Positions 61,201 through 64,000 of a DNA stretch of 64,000 bases are shown here, one piece after another (the first letter of the stretch is position 1; the number at the start of each line of letters is the position of its first letter). The notes beneath the pieces were generated by a model. That model saw only the letters and a list, made by a program, of their open reading frames with translations. It was not told the origin of the DNA and did not search any database. The stretch comes from Bacteroidales bacterium (GTDB lineage: Bacteria; Bacteroidota; Bacteroidia; Bacteroidales; UBA12077), in NCBI GenBank assembly GCA_013138975.1, contig WTBR01000043.1, forward strand, positions 28,941-92,940, written 5' to 3'. Made by a program: the position numbers and the translations under genes.

Positions 61201-63940
61201 TACCGATGGTACCTCTTTAGCTATTCTGGTGAGAGAATTTATGCAACTGTATTCCGGATTAGAATTAAAACCACTACCGATACAGTATAGCGATTTTTCG
61301 GAATGGCAAAATGAATTATTGAGTACAAAGCAAATAGATAAACAAAAAGACTTTTGGACAGAAGAATTCAAAGAAGAAATAAGCATCATGGAACTACCAT
61401 GTGATTATTCACGTCCACCGGTTCAAAGTTTTGAAGGAAGGAGTTTAAAATTTACAATAAGCCCGGAGTTAACATCCAAACTAAAAGATATTTGCTTAAG
61501 TGAAGATAAGACCATGTTTATGGTATTGCTATCCGCCTATAACGTATTGTTATCGAAGCTGAGCAATCAGAGTGATATAGTTATCGGAACACCCATTGCA
61601 GGAAGACGCCATCCGGATCTTGAGAATATAGTAGGGATGTTTATAAATACATTAGTATTAAGAAATTTCCCGGCAGGAGATAAAACACTGAAAAATTTCT
61701 TAGAAGAAGTTAAAGAGAAAACAATTAAAGTGTATGATAATCAAGATTATCAGTTTGAGGATTTAGTACGCCAATTATCCTTAACTAATGATACAAGTCG
61801 TAATCCAATATTTGATGTAGCCTTTTCATTTCATAATGAATCAGCGCCCGGAAATATTGATTCAATAAGTATTCCGGGATTAAGTTTACAAGCATATAAT
61901 CCTACAATAACAACCACTAAGTTTGATTTAACCTTAAGCAGCTCAGAGGTAAGAGATCAATTGCAATTTAGTTTTCAGTATTGCACCAAACTCTTTAAAA
62001 AAGAAACAATAGAACGTTTTAAGGATTATTTTGTAAAGATATTAGAATCCATAAGTACAGATCTGCATCAAAAGATATCCCAAATTGAAATAATCTCGGA
62101 TCAAGAAAGAGATTGGATAATAGCTCAACAAGATCAAACTTCAGTAAGTTATCCTACAAACAAACTATTACATAGAATATTTGAAGAACAAGTAGAAAAG
62201 CAAGGAGACAAAATAGCGGCAAAGTTTGGAGATCAACAGATAAGTTATCGAGAGCTTAATAATAAGGCAAATCAATTAGGTCATGCACTTCAGCAGGATG
62301 GAATAGGTTTAAATAGCATAGTTGGATTGATTCAGGATAAGTCAATTGAAATGTTGATATCTATTTTAGGGGTATTAAAAGCAGGAGGAAGTTACTTGCC
62401 AATTAATCCAACATATCCACAGGAACGGATAGAGTTTTTAATAAATGATTCAAATGCAGATTTGGTAATTGTATCAAATGAAACATCAGGCGAAACTATA
62501 AAACCACAAATTAATGTTAACAGCTTGTTTGGTACAGATTTAAGTACATCTAATTTAGTATTGGAACAAACCTCGGAAAGTGCTGCATATATAATCTATA
62601 CCTCGGGAACAACAGGAAAACCCAAGGGAGTTATAATAAATCACGAAAATGTAGTACGTCTATTATTTAACGAATCAAATTTATTTGACTTTAATGATCA
62701 AGACGTATGGAGTATGTTCCATGCTTATAATTTTGATTTTTCTGTATGGGAGTTTTACGGATCTTTATTAAAAGGTGGAGAATTAATTGTATTGTCAGAT
62801 ACAGAAGTAAAAGATGCCAATCTGATAAGCGAAAAAATCCTTAAAGAAAATATTACAGTTTTTAATCAAACACCCGCATCCTTTTATAATTTAAAGAATA
62901 GCAATGAAAGTTTACTAAACAAGAATCTACAATTACGATATGTTATTTTTGGAGGAGATGCTTTAGCACCGGCCAAACTCAAGATATGGAAAGATCATTT
63001 CCCTGAAATAAAATTCATAAACATGTACGGTATCACAGAAACTACGGTTCATGTTAGCTATAAAGAAATAAGCGATAATGAAATAGCAAGAGGTAAAAGT
63101 AATATAGGTAAATCAATACCGACCTTAGCAAGCTATATTCTGGATGAAAATCAAGAATTATTACCGCAAGGAGCAGGGGGCGAGATATGCGTAAGTGGAG
63201 CAGGAATTAGTATGGGGTATTTGAACAATCCGGAGTTAACACATGAAAAATTCATTATTAATCCATTTAAGCCGGGTGAATATATATACAGATCCGGAGA
63301 TAAAGGTAGAATATTACCAGATGGAGATATCGAATACCTGGGTAGAATAGATCAACAGGTAAAAATAAGAGGCTATAGAATAGAATTAGCTGAGATAGAA
63401 AAAGTTTTATTGAAACATGAAAATATTGAAAAATGTGTTGTAATAGTCAAAGAAGATTCAGAAGATAAACACCTGTGTTCCTATATCGTTTATGAAAAAG
63501 AGATTGAACAGGAAGAATTACGCACATACTTATCCAATCATTTACCGGATTATATGATTCCATCGTATTTTGTAAAGATGGATACACTGCCATTAACTGC
63601 TAATGGTAAAGTTAATCGTAAGGCCTTGCCTAATCCTGAAGTAAAAGCAGGAGACGATTATGTCGCCCCATCCAATGAATTGGAGAAAAAAATGGTAAGT
63701 ATCTGGTCGGAAGTATTGGATGTGCCAGAAGAAGAATTGAGTGTAATGGCAAACTTCTTTGCCCTAGGTGGTCATTCATTAAAGGCCATGGATGTAACTA
63801 ACAAAATACAAGAAATTTTCAATGTTGCAGTGCCACTTACGCAAGTTTTAAATTCACTCACAATCAGGTCGCTTGTATTATTAATATCAGTAAAAGTTGA
63901 TCAGGAAGAAAATCTTGAATATGAGGAAGTAGAATTTTAA
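58235..63940 (+). CDS. bimodular NRPS, half-C-A-T-C-A-T (Val-like and Thr-like codes), ends in carrier domain
   Basis: It has the same motif set as the 51190 gene, and the first module is nearly identical. The T2 motif is FFALGGHS. No C, TE or R domain follows. It ends ...LEYEEVEF. Its start is 13 nt after the preceding stop. Confidence 0.9.
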   Translation: MKNRTLSQVSLSSSKYTKEKDFWLKFFSGVKSKNAIVGLIDTNNNNTESVFEKIQISFESNLCNGINKICKNSDNTLHIFLTAVLTELLHRYTGDEDIIIGTPIYRQDQEGDYINTVLAIRSKIEKGQSFKDLLLKVVRPNVIECIKHQNYPFESLLHQLNLGALDGINPLFDVAILLDNIQEKSYLDHIPKRLLFKFNHSSEGQVSCELEYDASVISKSSASNLLLHYEFLAKQLISNIAVPMDDLAMLLPAEQKQVIEDFNSTENTYPSEESVDSLFRETAALNKDKVALKYNGHHITYRELDQRSSQLSSYLQKQGVEKGEPVGIMIGHSVEMIVGLLGILKSGGIYCPINIDYPEERKRSLLADSNIRFLLCKDLEFKNDAVTKIDLTLIELNQEEFAEVSKHTGQDACYIMYTSGSTGQPKGVIINHQNVVRLVKNTNFVNFNSDYRILQTGALEFDASTFELWGSLLNGGTLYLEDKYTIINDQKLKSTLEKNSINTIWMTSPLFNQMLDTDISIFKNLDHLLVGGDVLSTKHINKLRESYPGIKVTNGYGPTENTTFSTTHEITKQYNGNNIPIGKPINNSTAYIIDHKEHILPPEVPGELYVGGDGVGLGYLNNPEYTHEKFIELQDLPGQRFYKTGDKALWLSDGEISFLGRIDYQVKIRGYRIEPGEVESVITSDNEVKESLVIVKENNEGEKYLCAYLVGESDLEISDLKIRLKDSLPDYMLPTYIVKLDKFPLTTNGKIDRKLLPEPEIDFGKELIAPRNPTEKRLLEIWSELLGIEKENIGIDSNFFELGGHSLKATLLTSQIYKILNVELPLSEIFKNQTIRELSLVLESSAEGLYKSISQAPVQSYYALSSAQMRLYILDQMDMTSTSYNIPMAFILEGDIDLKKLINTLQKLVKRHAALRTSFVQVDQIPKQRIAEDAELQVKYYSESTVTPRELFSDFVQAFDLSQAPLMRVSLVKQNEGQYLFMIDMHHIITDGTSLAILVREFMQLYSGLELKPLPIQYSDFSEWQNELLSTKQIDKQKDFWTEEFKEEISIMELPCDYSRPPVQSFEGRSLKFTISPELTSKLKDICLSEDKTMFMVLLSAYNVLLSKLSNQSDIVIGTPIAGRRHPDLENIVGMFINTLVLRNFPAGDKTLKNFLEEVKEKTIKVYDNQDYQFEDLVRQLSLTNDTSRNPIFDVAFSFHNESAPGNIDSISIPGLSLQAYNPTITTTKFDLTLSSSEVRDQLQFSFQYCTKLFKKETIERFKDYFVKILESISTDLHQKISQIEIISDQERDWIIAQQDQTSVSYPTNKLLHRIFEEQVEKQGDKIAAKFGDQQISYRELNNKANQLGHALQQDGIGLNSIVGLIQDKSIEMLISILGVLKAGGSYLPINPTYPQERIEFLINDSNADLVIVSNETSGETIKPQINVNSLFGTDLSTSNLVLEQTSESAAYIIYTSGTTGKPKGVIINHENVVRLLFNESNLFDFNDQDVWSMFHAYNFDFSVWEFYGSLLKGGELIVLSDTEVKDANLISEKILKENITVFNQTPASFYNLKNSNESLLNKNLQLRYVIFGGDALAPAKLKIWKDHFPEIKFINMYGITETTVHVSYKEISDNEIARGKSNIGKSIPTLASYILDENQELLPQGAGGEICVSGAGISMGYLNNPELTHEKFIINPFKPGEYIYRSGDKGRILPDGDIEYLGRIDQQVKIRGYRIELAEIEKVLLKHENIEKCVVIVKEDSEDKHLCSYIVYEKEIEQEELRTYLSNHLPDYMIPSYFVKMDTLPLTANGKVNRKALPNPEVKAGDDYVAPSNELEKKMVSIWSEVLDVPEEELSVMANFFALGGHSLKAMDVTNKIQEIFNVAVPLTQVLNSLTIRSLVLLISVKVDQEENLEYEEVEF

Positions 63941-64000
63941 AATCTGTTTTTTTAACAGAATTAAAATTCTTATTAAATTGAATATCAAATTAATATATTG

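Noticed and set aside
3298-61389. All minus-strand ORFs in the supplied track (60-127 aa; for example 3298-3513, 20440-20823, 39472-39819, 39995-40330, 61192-61389).
   Set aside because: Each lies entirely inside a long + strand megasynthase or rSAM gene whose translation carries dense, ordered catalytic motifs. The antisense products are low-complexity, with no motifs and no start context. They are expected by chance in AT-rich DNA.
63943-63959. Hairpin TCTGTT-TTTTT-AACAGA just after the last stop codon, as an intrinsic terminator marking the cluster end.
   Set aside because: It has only a 6-bp AT-rich stem and no following T-run. It is too weak to call, and the window ends 41 nt later, so the cluster boundary cannot be judged.
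1-64000. tRNA, rRNA, transposase/integrase genes, thioesterase, MbtH-like and phosphopantetheinyl transferase genes.
   Set aside because: I looked for these and found no supporting sequence. No ORF has DDE or tyrosine-recombinase motifs or a GxSxG-type TE at megasynthase ends, and no cloverleaf-like or rRNA-like segment was noticed. Absence is by eye only.

Overview
This is an AT-rich window in which every credible gene lies on the + strand. A 5'-truncated FtsX/MacB-type ABC permease occupies 2-1021. The rest (1049-63940, probably continuing past the right edge) is one very large hybrid NRPS/PKS biosynthetic gene cluster.

Cluster contents:
- Eight megasynthase genes carry 11 apparently functional adenylation (A) domains, one KS-AT module, and one AT embedded in a degenerate A domain.
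- Three free-standing B12-binding (class B) radical SAM (rSAM) enzymes are present. A fourth rSAM/B12 unit is inserted inside an A domain.
- The remaining genes are a U32-family protein, a free DltC-like carrier protein, a class I SAM methyltransferase, and two small His/Cys-dyad (clan-CD-like) proteins.
- No epimerization, thioesterase or reductase release domain is visible in the window.

Unusual architecture, read directly from the translations:
1. Seven cluster proteins, both megasynthases and trans-acting rSAM/U32 enzymes, end in an acidic D-F-x-F tail.
2. Six NRPS subunits begin with only the C-terminal lobe of a condensation (C) domain, and subunits break after a complete C domain rather than before it.
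3. A radical-SAM-then-B12 unit, in reverse order to the free-standing paralogs, interrupts a Thr-coded A domain between core motifs A2 and A3.
4. An AT domain interrupts a catalytically dead A domain.
5. Subunit-terminal C domains almost always lack the Gly of HHxxxDG.

Other content:
- Intergenic spacers are packed with at least four repeat families (MITE/REP-like hairpin elements).
- A ~3.3-kb islet of three unrelated small ORFs interrupts the cluster at 46.0-49.3 kb.
- The last two NRPS genes are a recent tandem duplication.

The taxon is probably Bacteroidota-like. This rests only on composition, repeat style and the FtsX permease type, so it is low-confidence inference. All domain calls come from motifs read by eye; no database search was run.
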